From NCBI GenBank assembly GCA_963668645.2, contig CAXXWC010000003.1, positions 352,001 through 416,000 of the forward strand: a stretch of DNA of 64,000 nucleotides, read 5' to 3'. The DNA comes from Desulfobacterales bacterium. Lineage in GTDB: Bacteria > Desulfobacterota > Desulfobacteria > Desulfobacterales > UBA2174. The translations under genes and the position numbers were made by a program. The notes below the pieces were generated by a model that had not been told where the DNA came from, did not search any database, and saw only the letters and a list, made by a program, of their open reading frames with translations. This document shows positions 1 through 9,221 of the stretch, piece by piece. Each line of letters starts with the position of its first letter. Positions within the stretch are counted from its first letter, which is position 1.

Positions 1-932
1 TGGTGATGATCGCCTTTGTCGCCATGGCCCTCAAGGCGCGCGGGATCATCTCCAACCCGGGCGACATCCTGCTGATCCTGGCGCCTTTGGCTGTTTTCTA
101 CCTGGCTTCCTACATCCTGCTGACCCTGATCGGCCGTCTCTTCTTCTCCCGCGGTGATGCCGTAGCCATGGTTTTCGGGGTCGTGATGCGGGATCTGTCC
201 ATCGCCTTGGCGATCGCCATGACCGCCTTCGGCCCCCAGGGCACCACCATCGCCCTGCTCATCGCTCTGGCCTACGTGATCCAGATCCAATCGGCCGCCT
301 GGTATGTGCGCCTGGTGGACCGCCTCCTCGGTGGGCCGGCCCCGGTTAAAAGTGCCGGTTCCCCGGGGCCCCAGCCCCAGCGCCTCCCGGCCGGCGGGAT
401 GTGGATGCCCCGGATTCGACGGATCCTCTATGCCACCGATCTTTCCCAGACTGCCCGCCATGCCGTGGGGTACGCCTGCACCCTGGCCGACCGTTTCCAG
501 GCCGAGGTCACCATGCTGCACGTCATTGCGGACAAGGTGGAGGAAATTTCCGCTGGAGCCGGCATCGACATAGTGGATCGCCTGCCGCGGGGCGGGCACA
601 GGGCCTTCAATAAAGAACAGATCGGCCATGCCGAAACTGCTTTGCAGCAGCGCGTCGCGGAGACGACCGCGGCGCTGAAGAACCGGATGCCGGTCTGCCC
701 CCTGTCAAGCGCCAGGGTCCAGGTCGAAGTGGGTGATCCTGTGGAAGCGGTGGTGCGCGCCGCCACCGACGAAAACTTCGACTTGGTGGTCATGGGAACC
801 CATGGTCACGGCGGGTTGGAAGGCAAGCTGCTCGGCAGCGTGGCGGCCGGTGTGGTGCGCCGCTGTCCGGTGCCCGTGATGGTGGTAAGGTTGCCGGAGG
901 GTCATTCTTCGGCGCGACGGCTCGCGGCCTGA
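1..932 (+). CDS. ACR3/bile acid:sodium symporter-like membrane protein fused to a C-terminal universal stress protein domain (5' partial)
   Basis: Hydrophobic helices with ...VMRDLSIALAIAMTAFG, a Pro-rich linker, then USP motifs RILYATDLS and DLVVMGTHGHGGLEGKLLGSVA...CPVPVMVV. The ORF runs off the window start. Confidence 0.75.
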   Translation, partial: VMIAFVAMALKARGIISNPGDILLILAPLAVFYLASYILLTLIGRLFFSRGDAVAMVFGVVMRDLSIALAIAMTAFGPQGTTIALLIALAYVIQIQSAAWYVRLVDRLLGGPAPVKSAGSPGPQPQRLPAGGMWMPRIRRILYATDLSQTARHAVGYACTLADRFQAEVTMLHVIADKVEEISAGAGIDIVDRLPRGGHRAFNKEQIGHAETALQQRVAETTAALKNRMPVCPLSSARVQVEVGDPVEAVVRAATDENFDLVVMGTHGHGGLEGKLLGSVAAGVVRRCPVPVMVVRLPEGHSSARRLAA

Positions 933-936
933 TGGC

Positions 937-979
937 AAAAAAAGTCCGGGAGGCGGCAGATTGCGCCGTTCTCCCGGAC
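937..979 (-). terminator. Rho-independent terminator between convergent genes
   Basis: GTCCGGGAG...CTCCCGGAC stem preceded by A7 on + (U-tract on -), downstream of apbC. Confidence 0.55.
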
Positions 980-1031
980 GATTCGGTCCTGATCATTCGC
1001 CGGCAGGATCGTTCAGCACCGGCCCATCGAA

Positions 1032-1874
1032 TCAGCCGCGCGCCACTATGGTATCGGCAATGGCGCTGAAGGCCTGGGCCACGGCCGAGTCGCTGTCGTG
1101 ATCCTGGATGCAGGCCCCGGCATCCCCGCAAAGCACCACCTTGGGATCGAAAGGCACACTGCCGAGGAAGGGAATGTCCATCTGTTTGGCCGTGCGTTCT
1201 CCCCCGCCGGCACCGAAAAGCTCGATCTTCTGGCCGCAATGTGGGCAGGCAAAGCCGCTCATGTTTTCGACAAGGCCGAAGATATCCATCTTGACCACAC
1301 GGCAGAAGTTGATCGACTTGCGCACATCGGCCAAGGCCACCTCCTGGGGGGTGGTGACGATGATCGCCTTGGCGTCAGTCACGGTCTGGGCCACGGTGAG
1401 GGGCTCATCACCGGTGCCCGGGGGAGAATCGATGATCAGGTAATCCAGGTCGCCCCACTCCACGTCGGCGATGAACTGGCGGATGGCCGAATACTTGATC
1501 GGGCCGCGCCAGATGATGGCGTCGTCCTTGTCCGGCGTCAGGGCCTCGATGCTCACGGCCTTGAGGTTATCGTTATACTTGAGCGGGTTGAGCTTACGAT
1601 TGGCGCTGACGTCGTGCATCCCTTTGAGTCCGAGCATGCGGGGCACATCCGGGCCGTGCAGGTCCACATCCATCAGCCCCACCTGAAGCCCTTTTTTGGC
1701 CAATGCCACGGCCAGGTTGACAGAGGTACTGGTCTTGCCGACCCCACCCTTGCCGCTCATGACGATCAGCTTATGCTTGATCTGGCCCAGAGCACTCTGC
1801 ATGGCTGCATCCTGCTCGGCCTGTTGTTGACGCTGCTTGTCCTGGGGGCTCATGCTTTCTTGAATCTGTACCAT
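1032..1874 (-). CDS. apbC: Mrp/NBP35 family ATPase, Fe-S cluster carrier
   Basis: SGKGGVGKT deviant Walker A, DVDLHGP, IWRGP, DSPPGTGD, ENMS-x-x-x-CPHC. Confidence 0.92.
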   Translation of the reverse strand: MVQIQESMSPQDKQRQQQAEQDAAMQSALGQIKHKLIVMSGKGGVGKTSTSVNLAVALAKKGLQVGLMDVDLHGPDVPRMLGLKGMHDVSANRKLNPLKYNDNLKAVSIEALTPDKDDAIIWRGPIKYSAIRQFIADVEWGDLDYLIIDSPPGTGDEPLTVAQTVTDAKAIIVTTPQEVALADVRKSINFCRVVKMDIFGLVENMSGFACPHCGQKIELFGAGGGERTAKQMDIPFLGSVPFDPKVVLCGDAGACIQDHDSDSAVAQAFSAIADTIVARG

Positions 1875-1925
1875 GATATTTGACTCCTCTGCTTGTGCGT
1901 GTCGGTATGAGGCGATAGACGATTT

Positions 1926-2378
1926 TCAAACAGGCGGGCCGGTATCCTTCGGCACGTCTCCAGCTGAGCGACTCGACCGGAAGAAGTTTTGCCCGCCACA
2001 CTCTGGGCAGGTCTCGGGACGCCCCGTACCGGCAGGCTCTTCCCACCAATGGCCGCAATCGGTGCAATGAAAATGACGGGTGTCGGCCACCATCCGATAG
2101 TTGCCCCCCTCGACACGAATGGCTTTGCCGCTGATCAGGGCATCGGCCACGATGCGGCGGGCCCGTTGAATAATCCTCCCGAAGGTGGCTCGTGAGACCC
2201 CCATGAGGGCTCCGGCTTCCGCGTGGGAATGCCCGAGCATGTCGGCCAAACGGATCGCTTCGCGCTCGTCAACCGTCAATCTGATTTCGCTAAGCTCGAT
2301 CATGGGGATTCCGCGAGGTTTGAAATAGCTGACCTCCGGCTTAAAAGAGACCAAGCGGTTCTTGCGGGGGCGTACCAT
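1926..2378 (-). CDS. DUF134 family putative DNA-binding protein with C-terminal Zn ribbon
   Basis: MVRPRKNR..FKPRGIP..EAIRLAD..MGVSRATFGRI..KAIRVEGG, then CTDC...CPECG. AAGGAGG RBS. Confidence 0.85.
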   Translation of the reverse strand: MVRPRKNRLVSFKPEVSYFKPRGIPMIELSEIRLTVDEREAIRLADMLGHSHAEAGALMGVSRATFGRIIQRARRIVADALISGKAIRVEGGNYRMVADTRHFHCTDCGHWWEEPAGTGRPETCPECGGQNFFRSSRSAGDVPKDTGPPV

Positions 2379-2387
2379 GACCCTCCT

Positions 2388-2407
2388 TTATGAGTATATG
2401 CCCAAAT
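2388..2407. promoter_or_regulatory. Imperfect palindromic operator candidate
   Basis: TTATGAGTATATGCCCAAAT, a dyad around the central ATAT, lying between the -10 box and the RBS. Confidence 0.5.
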
Positions 2408-2415
2408 TAAAGAGG

Positions 2416-2444
2416 ACTTTAGTGACTGGCACCCCCCTTGTCAA
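2416..2444 (-). promoter_or_regulatory. sigma70-type promoter of the DUF134-apbC operon
   Basis: TTGACA-17 nt-TAAAGT on the minus strand. Confidence 0.6.
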
Positions 2445-2690
2445 GACGCCGGCATCAATGACCGCAATTTTTTTCAAATCTTCCGATTTTTCCTGCGGCA
2501 GGCATAGAAGCGGGCCGGAGCCAGAAAACCTCCGGGATCAAAAGGGGATGGAGGCACCTGTCAGCCTGTAGGGATACAGTCATCAGCCCGCCGGCTGAAG
2601 CGCAGCCGATTTCGAAAAGTCCCGCTTGGGCGTATATGGGCACTCTTAAAAAGACCGTAGCACCGTTCGGCGGCCCGGGACATCGTCTCG

Positions 2691-3065
2691 TCACAGGCCG
2701 CTATCCGTCAAGCCGGCCCCAAAAAGACGTTGAAGCATGTCGACCTTGTCCGCCAGTGCAACGGCCGTCTCGTCTTTGGTGCTGATAGCTTCGATCGTCA
2801 TGCCCATACGGTAAAGCGGCAGCCCCTCCGACTCGGCCTCAACGCACCAGACCACTATACCCTGGAGCGTAAATCGTTCGTGGCCGGCGTCATCACTGGA
2901 GATGGCCACTCTTATCCCAGGCATGATTGCCTGGCGAGCCTCGAATCCCACCCCCCCCTCGCCGATATTGAGGATAACCAAAGTGGGATGCTCTCCAGAA
3001 CGCTTCAGTCGGCCTTCCAGGCGCAAAGGATAACGAGGATATCTACGTCGCTCCGATTCGGTCAT
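2691..3065 (-). CDS. PilZ domain protein
   Basis: ERRRYPR (RxxxR) and NIGEGG (D/NxSxxG variant), G-x-VVW...YRMG. Start taken at MTESERR. Confidence 0.8.
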   Translation of the reverse strand: MTESERRRYPRYPLRLEGRLKRSGEHPTLVILNIGEGGVGFEARQAIMPGIRVAISSDDAGHERFTLQGIVVWCVEAESEGLPLYRMGMTIEAISTKDETAVALADKVDMLQRLFGAGLTDSGL

Positions 3066-3224
3066 GGCGATTGGCCCCCCTGGACCGCTTTCCATCCGAT
3101 ATATGCTACCGCCGGCTCGATTTGTCAGGGACCGACCAATCCCCGGACCGCTATAGTCGAATTGAGCTTCTTATGTCAAACGCCAATAAGCTTCTGCTGC
3201 CACCGTTGAATGCCATGGCTGCCC

Positions 3225-4049
3225 TCAAAGCGGTGCGTCCAGGACCCGGTTAAGGCTGCCGGGTATATATCCTTCGAGATCCAGCGTTACAAAAACAAAA
3301 CCCAACCGCTTGATTACGGAAACCAATCCATGGCGGACCTCGTCCTCCAGGATGGCCGTATAGTGCGCCGGGGCCACCTCGATGCGGGCCGTATCGCCAT
3401 GGTGGCGCACCCGCCCGCCTTGAATCCCCAAGCGTGCCAGTTCAGCCTCGGCTGCGGCGACCTGATCGATTCGCTGCCGATCGATGGTCAGCCCGTAGGC
3501 GATACGCGAAGCCAAACAAGCCTGGGCCGGCCTTTGCCAGGTCTCCAGCCCCATGTCTCTCGATAGGCGGCGGATCTCATCCTTGCCCAGTCCGACCTCC
3601 ACCAAAGGGGCCAGGATCCCCATCTCGTCGGCTGCGCGTTGGCCGGGGCGGTAATCCGAAGCGTCATCCACCGTGGCCCCATGGGCGATGTGTACTAGCC
3701 CATGCTCGCCGGCAAGAGCGCGCAGACGCGAAAAAAGTGCGCGCTTGCATACATAACAACGATCCGCACCGTTGCGGGTGAACGCCGGATCGGACAATTC
3801 ATCCGTATCCAGGCACAGGTGCCGTACTCCAAGCCTTGCTGCAAAGCCACGGGCATCGGCAATTTCGCGGGACGGATGAATCGTCGAAACGGAGGTAGCG
3901 GCAACGAGATCCACGCCCAGAACACGATGGGCTTGAGCCAGCAAAAAGGTTGAATCCACACCTCCGGAGAACGCCACCATGAGGGGCCGATGAACCGCAA
4001 ACCACTGCGCCAAGATTTCGGCTTTATTGCTGTCCGTATCCGGATCCAT
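3225..4049 (-). CDS. larE: ATP-dependent sulfur transferase LarE
   Basis: PP-loop AFSGGVDS, RCYVCK, DYRPG..AA, ACLASRI, RVRHHG..ARIEV, LDLEGY..GSLN. Confidence 0.88.
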   Translation of the reverse strand: MDPDTDSNKAEILAQWFAVHRPLMVAFSGGVDSTFLLAQAHRVLGVDLVAATSVSTIHPSREIADARGFAARLGVRHLCLDTDELSDPAFTRNGADRCYVCKRALFSRLRALAGEHGLVHIAHGATVDDASDYRPGQRAADEMGILAPLVEVGLGKDEIRRLSRDMGLETWQRPAQACLASRIAYGLTIDRQRIDQVAAAEAELARLGIQGGRVRHHGDTARIEVAPAHYTAILEDEVRHGLVSVIKRLGFVFVTLDLEGYIPGSLNRVLDAPL

Positions 4050-4230
4050 CGGTAGTCCCCAACCGCTGCACCGGCCGACGGAAAAGACGGCCGCCACGGG
4101 TTGACCCGTCACGTAGCGAGAGGATATTAAAAATGTTTACAAAATCAGACCGGTTCGTTATAAACTGTTGTGTATCCGCCATAAAATCTAATTATATGTC
4201 AACCGACCATGGATCGCAAAGGGGTTTTTC

Positions 4231-5535
4231 ATGGGCAAGGAAAGCTTGACGAAGTCCACGACCAAGAAGAAAGCTACGACCAAGAAAAAGAAAACCGGAG
4301 CGAAAAAGGCCGTTGCCGCAACAAAAGCCGCTGCTCCAAAAGCCCCGGCAAAACCGAGCCTGAAGGAATTGTTGGCCCGCAAGTACGCCACTGCCCCGGA
4401 TCAGCCACTCTACGCCCCCCCTGCTCCCGAACGCCAAACCAGACCGGGTGCCGCCTCTCCCTTCTACCAAGCCAGGGATGAAAAAGACGCCCAGCGTATA
4501 AGAGCGTTGCTGGAACAGAAATTCTCCATGGAGGAGATCCGGGCCGCCGCCGAAGCAAAGGCCAAAGCCGAAGAAGAGGCACGCATCAAGGCCGAAGCCG
4601 AGGCAAGGGAAAAAGCCGAGGAAGAAGCGCGCATCAAGGCCGAGACCGAAGCAAAGGCCAAAGCCGAGGAAGAGGCACGCATCAAGGCCGAGGCCGAAGC
4701 AAAGGCCAAAGCCGAGGAAGAGGCACGCATCAAGGCCGAGGCTGAAGCAAAGGCCAAAGCCGAGGAAGAAACGAAGAAACTCGCCGCAGAGCGGGCCGCG
4801 GCCAGAGAAGCCGCCGCCCAAAAGGAGCCCCAGGTGTCTGTGACCTACGACAAGCTAGATTCCGATAAAATCGACGCTCCGCCTCCTGCTAAAGCACCCA
4901 TAAATCGCGAACGACTCCTGGTTATCGGTCTTGCCGGCGGTCTGGCCCTGCTCTTCTTGTTGATTATCGGTGCCAGCCTGTCCAACTCAAGCAAGTACTA
5001 TCTGGCGCAGTCGACCCGGGGATTGGAGATTTGGCAGGGCAAGTTCGCCCCGCTCGGCAAATGCAAGATTCTCTCCCTGCCGGGTGTTCAGGGGCCTGAA
5101 ACCTTGCAGCCCACTTATCCCAAGGCCGAGGTCATGGGGTACGCGGTGGCCTATTATCTGGCCCAGGCCGATGCCCTTCTGGCCAGCCAGGGGCTGCCGG
5201 ATTTCGAGAGCATCAAGGCCAAGCTCAATACGGCCCTCGGTTATGCCACCAGCCGCGAGGAGCGTGAACGGATCCAACTGCGCCTGGATGGTATCGAGAA
5301 AGCGATCCTGCTTTACAGGGCTCAGGTGGCCGCCACCCAGCAAACGCTTGAAGGGCTTGATCAGGCCATCGACCACCTGCAAAAGGCCCTTCACCTGACA
5401 TCGGATCCCATTGAAGTCAAGGCCATCGAGGCCCAGATCGCCGCGGCTGAAAAGAACTATGCCGACATCGAGGCGCGCCTGGCCGAAGAGGCGGCTCAGG
5501 AAGTGGCAGCGCCGGAAGCCAAACCCGCCTCCTGA
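4231..5535 (+). CDS. Single-pass membrane protein: Lys/Ala-rich N-terminus, 16-aa charged helical repeats, C-terminal helical domain
   Basis: 434-aa ORF with normal codon usage; TM LLVIGLAGGLALLFLLIIGASL; strong terminator downstream. Confidence 0.75.
   Translation: MGKESLTKSTTKKKATTKKKKTGAKKAVAATKAAAPKAPAKPSLKELLARKYATAPDQPLYAPPAPERQTRPGAASPFYQARDEKDAQRIRALLEQKFSMEEIRAAAEAKAKAEEEARIKAEAEAREKAEEEARIKAETEAKAKAEEEARIKAEAEAKAKAEEEARIKAEAEAKAKAEEETKKLAAERAAAREAAAQKEPQVSVTYDKLDSDKIDAPPPAKAPINRERLLVIGLAGGLALLFLLIIGASLSNSSKYYLAQSTRGLEIWQGKFAPLGKCKILSLPGVQGPETLQPTYPKAEVMGYAVAYYLAQADALLASQGLPDFESIKAKLNTALGYATSREERERIQLRLDGIEKAILLYRAQVAATQQTLEGLDQAIDHLQKALHLTSDPIEVKAIEAQIAAAEKNYADIEARLAEEAAQEVAAPEAKPAS
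4549..4770 (+). repeat. 48-bp tandem repeat, about 4.6 copies (AEAKAKAEEEARIKAE)
   Basis: Units start at 4549, 4597, 4645, 4693 and 4741. Confidence 0.9.
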
Positions 5536-5558
5536 TCCCAGATCCGAAACAATGAAGC

Positions 5559-5591
5559 AAAAGGGGCGCCCCCGAAACGGGGGCGCCCCTT
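5559..5591. terminator. Bidirectional terminator hairpin
   Basis: AAGGGGCGCCCCCG-AAA-CGGGGGCGCCCCTT perfect stem between convergent genes. Confidence 0.8.
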
Positions 5592-5595
5592 CAAT

Positions 5596-7110
5596 TCAGG
5601 GCTCGATCCAATCGAAAGTCCGCCCCACGGCCTTTTGCCACCCTTCCAGGCAAGCGCGGCGCCGGGCGGCCGGCATGTCCGGCGCCCAGACCTTGTCCTG
5701 GGCCCAGTTGCGGCTCAGATCCGCCATATCGTCCCAGAACCCCACGGCCAGACCGGCCACATAGGCGGCCCCCAAGGCCGTGGTCTCGGCGACCTGAGGC
5801 CGAATCACGGGGACATCCAGGATGTCCGCCTGAAATTGCATCAGCAGTTCGTTGGCCACCATCCCGCCGTCCACCTTGAGCCGGGTCAAAGCGACCCCTG
5901 AATCGCGGTTCATGGCTGCCACGATGTCCGCCGTCTGATAGGCCACCGCCTCTAACACCGCGCGCGCCAGGTGCCCCCGATTGACGTATCCGGTCAGGCC
6001 GACGACCACCCCCCGGGCGTCCGCACGCCAGTACGGCGCAAACAGCCCGGAAAAGGCGGGCACGATGAAAGCCCCGCCGTTGTCGGCGACGCTGCGCGCC
6101 AGTTCCTCGATCTGGGGCGCAGCGTCGATCAAACCCAGGTTGTCGCGCACCCACTGTACCAGGGCGCCGGCGATGGCGATGGAGCCTTCCAGGCAGTAGA
6201 CCGCCTTTTGACGGCCGATCCGGTAGGCAACGGAAGTGATCAGACCGTGGTGGGAGGCCATCGGCGTTTCACCCGTGTTGAGCAGAAGAAAGCAGCCGGT
6301 GCCGTAAGTGTTCTTGGCATCGCCCGGTGCAAAACAGGCCTGCCCCACCAAGGCGGCCTGCTGATCGCCCAGGGCCCCGCATACCGGCACCCTGGCGCCC
6401 AGCGGTCCGTCGATGGCGGTATGGCCCCAGATTTCAGGATCCGAAGACGCGACAATGCGCGGCAGCATGCGCCGGTCGATGTCCAGAACCGAGAGGATCT
6501 GCGGGTCCCAGTCGAGACGGTTAAGATCCATCATCAGGGTTCGGCTGGCATTGGTCACATCGGTGATATGGGCCCCGCCGTCCGGACCACCGGTCAACCA
6601 CCAGACCAGCCAGCTTTCCACGGTGCCGAAATACGCGTCGCCTGCGGCGGCGGCCGCCCGCGCCTCGGGCACGTGGTCGAGGATCCAGCGGATCTTGGGA
6701 CCGGAAAAATAGGTCGCCACCGGCAGCCCGGTCCTCTCGCGGAAGCGGTCCTGGCCGCCTTCGGCCGCCAGCCGGCGGCAGATCTCGTCAGTACGCGTGC
6801 ACTGCCAGACGATGGCGTTGTAAAAGGGCCGCCCGGTCTTACGGTCCCAGACGATAGTGGTCTCACGCTGGTTGGTGACCCCCACGGCGGCCAGTCGCCG
6901 GCCGTCGATGCCGATCTTTTTCATCGCGTTGCCCATGACGGCAAGGGCATTGTCGCGGATTTCGAGCGGATCGTGCTCGACCCAACCGGGGCGGGGGAAA
7001 ATCTGGGCATGCTCGCGCTGGTCGAAACCGACGACACGCCCGGCGCGGTCAAAAACGATGAAACGGCTACTCGTGGTTCCCAGATCCAACGCACCGATAC
7101 AGTCGGCCAT
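5596..7110 (-). CDS. glpK: Glycerol kinase
   Basis: [52 protein letters not shown]. Start at MADCIG with GGAG RBS. Confidence 0.95.
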   Translation of the reverse strand: MADCIGALDLGTTSSRFIVFDRAGRVVGFDQREHAQIFPRPGWVEHDPLEIRDNALAVMGNAMKKIGIDGRRLAAVGVTNQRETTIVWDRKTGRPFYNAIVWQCTRTDEICRRLAAEGGQDRFRERTGLPVATYFSGPKIRWILDHVPEARAAAAAGDAYFGTVESWLVWWLTGGPDGGAHITDVTNASRTLMMDLNRLDWDPQILSVLDIDRRMLPRIVASSDPEIWGHTAIDGPLGARVPVCGALGDQQAALVGQACFAPGDAKNTYGTGCFLLLNTGETPMASHHGLITSVAYRIGRQKAVYCLEGSIAIAGALVQWVRDNLGLIDAAPQIEELARSVADNGGAFIVPAFSGLFAPYWRADARGVVVGLTGYVNRGHLARAVLEAVAYQTADIVAAMNRDSGVALTRLKVDGGMVANELLMQFQADILDVPVIRPQVAETTALGAAYVAGLAVGFWDDMADLSRNWAQDKVWAPDMPAARRRACLEGWQKAVGRTFDWIEP

Positions 7111-7172
7111 GGCTCGATCTCCCCGATAGGAATGGACAAAATTGCACTCCGGATATGGACGGCAACTTTGCT

Positions 7173-8174
7173 TCACGCCATCTGTTCGAGCCGCATCTCA
7201 CCCGCCCGGTGGCAGGCCACCTGGTGGGTTTCATCCGGACCGGCAACCGCCAGCAAGAGGGGTTCCTCGTGACGGCAGCGGTCGATGGCGATGGGGCAAC
7301 GGGTATGAAAGCGGCAGCCTGGGGGTGGATTGATCGGCGACGGCACATCACCGCCCAGCAATGGACGCATCTTGGCGCGGGTCGGATCGGCGACCGGAAT
7401 CGCCGATATCAGCGCCACAGTGTAAGGGTGCAGCGGCCGCCGATAAAGTCGGTCGGCTTCGGCCGTTTCCACGATCTTGCCCAGATACATCACGGCGATA
7501 CGGTCCGATACATGTTTGACCACTGCCAGATCATGGGCGATGAAAAGATAGGCCAGCCCCATGTCACGCTGCAGATCGAGGAGCAGATTGAGGATCTGGC
7601 TCTGGATGGAGACATCCAGGGCCGAAACCGGCTCGTCGCAGACGATGAGCCGCGGGTTGAGGGCGATGGCCCGGGCGATCCCGATCCGCTGGCGCTGCCC
7701 CCCGGAAAACTCATGGGGAAACCGGGTCGCCGCCCCGGGGTCCAGCCCCACCCGTTCGAGCAGTGCAGCGGTCCACTCGGCCTGCTGCTGGCCGGTGCCC
7801 ATCCCATGGATCTGAAACGGCTCGCGCAGGATCTCATCTACCGTATGCCTGCCGTTGAGCGACTCGAAAGGATCCTGAAAGATCATCTGCAGTTCGCGGC
7901 GGATGGCCTTGAGCCGGCCCCCGCCCGCCGAGGCCAGATCCCGGCCCTGGAAGCGCACCCGGCCGGCCGTGGGCCGGTAGAGGCGCACGACGCAACGGCC
8001 CAGCGTGGTTTTGCCGCACCCCGATTCGCCCACCAGCCCGAGGGTTTCGCCCGGCGCCACGGATAAGGTCACCCCCTCTACGGCCCGCACCGTTGCCACG
8101 GGGCGAAACAGTACCCCGCCCCGGACTGGAAAATGCATGGTCAGGTTTTCAATCTCGAGCAGGGGATCGGCCAT
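7173..8174 (-). CDS. oppF: Oligopeptide/dipeptide ABC transporter ATP-binding protein (OppF-like)
   Basis: [43 protein letters not shown]. Confidence 0.88.
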   Translation of the reverse strand: MADPLLEIENLTMHFPVRGGVLFRPVATVRAVEGVTLSVAPGETLGLVGESGCGKTTLGRCVVRLYRPTAGRVRFQGRDLASAGGGRLKAIRRELQMIFQDPFESLNGRHTVDEILREPFQIHGMGTGQQQAEWTAALLERVGLDPGAATRFPHEFSGGQRQRIGIARAIALNPRLIVCDEPVSALDVSIQSQILNLLLDLQRDMGLAYLFIAHDLAVVKHVSDRIAVMYLGKIVETAEADRLYRRPLHPYTVALISAIPVADPTRAKMRPLLGGDVPSPINPPPGCRFHTRCPIAIDRCRHEEPLLLAVAGPDETHQVACHRAGEMRLEQMA

Positions 8175-8219
8175 GGGGCGTTCTCGCGCGGTAAAGGTCA
8201 CGTTGGGCATTAACAGACT

Positions 8220-9221
8220 TCAGTCGCTCATTTCCTGCGTCTCATACAAATGGCACGCCGCCGTGTGCTCCGGCGCCAGAATCTGCAGGGCCGGCGCCTT
8301 GTCCCGGCAAAGGGGCATGGCATGGGGGCAGCGATTGGCAAAGCGGCATCCCGCGGGCATTTCCCCCAGGGTCGGCACCATGCCGGGAACGGTGGCCAGC
8401 GGCTTTTTGCGCGGGCTGTCGAGCTTCGCAATGGCGCGCAGCAAGCCCCGGGTGTACGGATGCTTCGGCGAGGCAAAAAGCCCGGTGACCGGGGCATCTT
8501 CCACCACCTTGCCGGCATACATCACCGCCACCCGGTCGCTGATCTGGGCGATCACTCCCAGGTCGTGGGTGATAAAGAGCATCGCCATGCCGGTCTCCTG
8601 CTGCAATTCCTGCATCAGGGAGAGGATCTGGGCCTGAATGGTCACATCCAGGGCCGTCGTCGGCTCGTCGGCGATCAGGATGTCCGGCCTGGCGGCCAGC
8701 GCCATGGCGATCATCACCCGCTGGCGCATCCCGCCGGAGATCTGGTGGGGGTATTCCACCATTCGCCGCCGCGGATCAGGGATCCGCACCCGGTCGAGCA
8801 TCTCCACCACGGCCCGTGCCACGGCGGCCCGATCCATCTCAGACCGGTGCAGCCGGAAGGCTTCAGCCACCTGGACGCCGATGGTCTGCACCGGGTTGAG
8901 GGCCGTCATCGGCTCCTGGAAGATCATGGCGATGCGATTGCCCCGCACCCGGCACATGGCCTCGGCCGGCAACCGGAGCAGATCTGTCCGGCCGAGCCAC
9001 ACCGATCCGGCCTCGATGCGAGCGACCGGCCGGGGCAGCAGGCGCATCAGCGCCAGGGCCGTGACGCTCTTGCCACACCCCGATTCGCCCACCAGCCCGA
9101 GGGTGTGCCCCCGGTAAAGCTGCAGGCCGACATCTTCCACGGCCCGCAGACGGCCCTGCTCGGTGGCGAAGCTCACCGCCAGGTGCTCGACGCTCAGCAC
9201 CGGCTCACCTGTGCGCTTCAT
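8220..9221 (-). CDS. oppD: Oligopeptide/dipeptide ABC transporter ATP-binding protein (OppD-like)
   Basis: GESGCGKSVT, ISGGMRQRVMIA, DEPTTALD, HPYT, GCRFANRC. Confidence 0.88.
   Translation of the reverse strand: MKRTGEPVLSVEHLAVSFATEQGRLRAVEDVGLQLYRGHTLGLVGESGCGKSVTALALMRLLPRPVARIEAGSVWLGRTDLLRLPAEAMCRVRGNRIAMIFQEPMTALNPVQTIGVQVAEAFRLHRSEMDRAAVARAVVEMLDRVRIPDPRRRMVEYPHQISGGMRQRVMIAMALAARPDILIADEPTTALDVTIQAQILSLMQELQQETGMAMLFITHDLGVIAQISDRVAVMYAGKVVEDAPVTGLFASPKHPYTRGLLRAIAKLDSPRKKPLATVPGMVPTLGEMPAGCRFANRCPHAMPLCRDKAPALQILAPEHTAACHLYETQEMSD

Noticed and set aside
2455..2694. 79-aa ORF between the PilZ and DUF134 genes
   Set aside because: No recognisable motif; cannot be supported despite the stop/start overlap with the PilZ gene.
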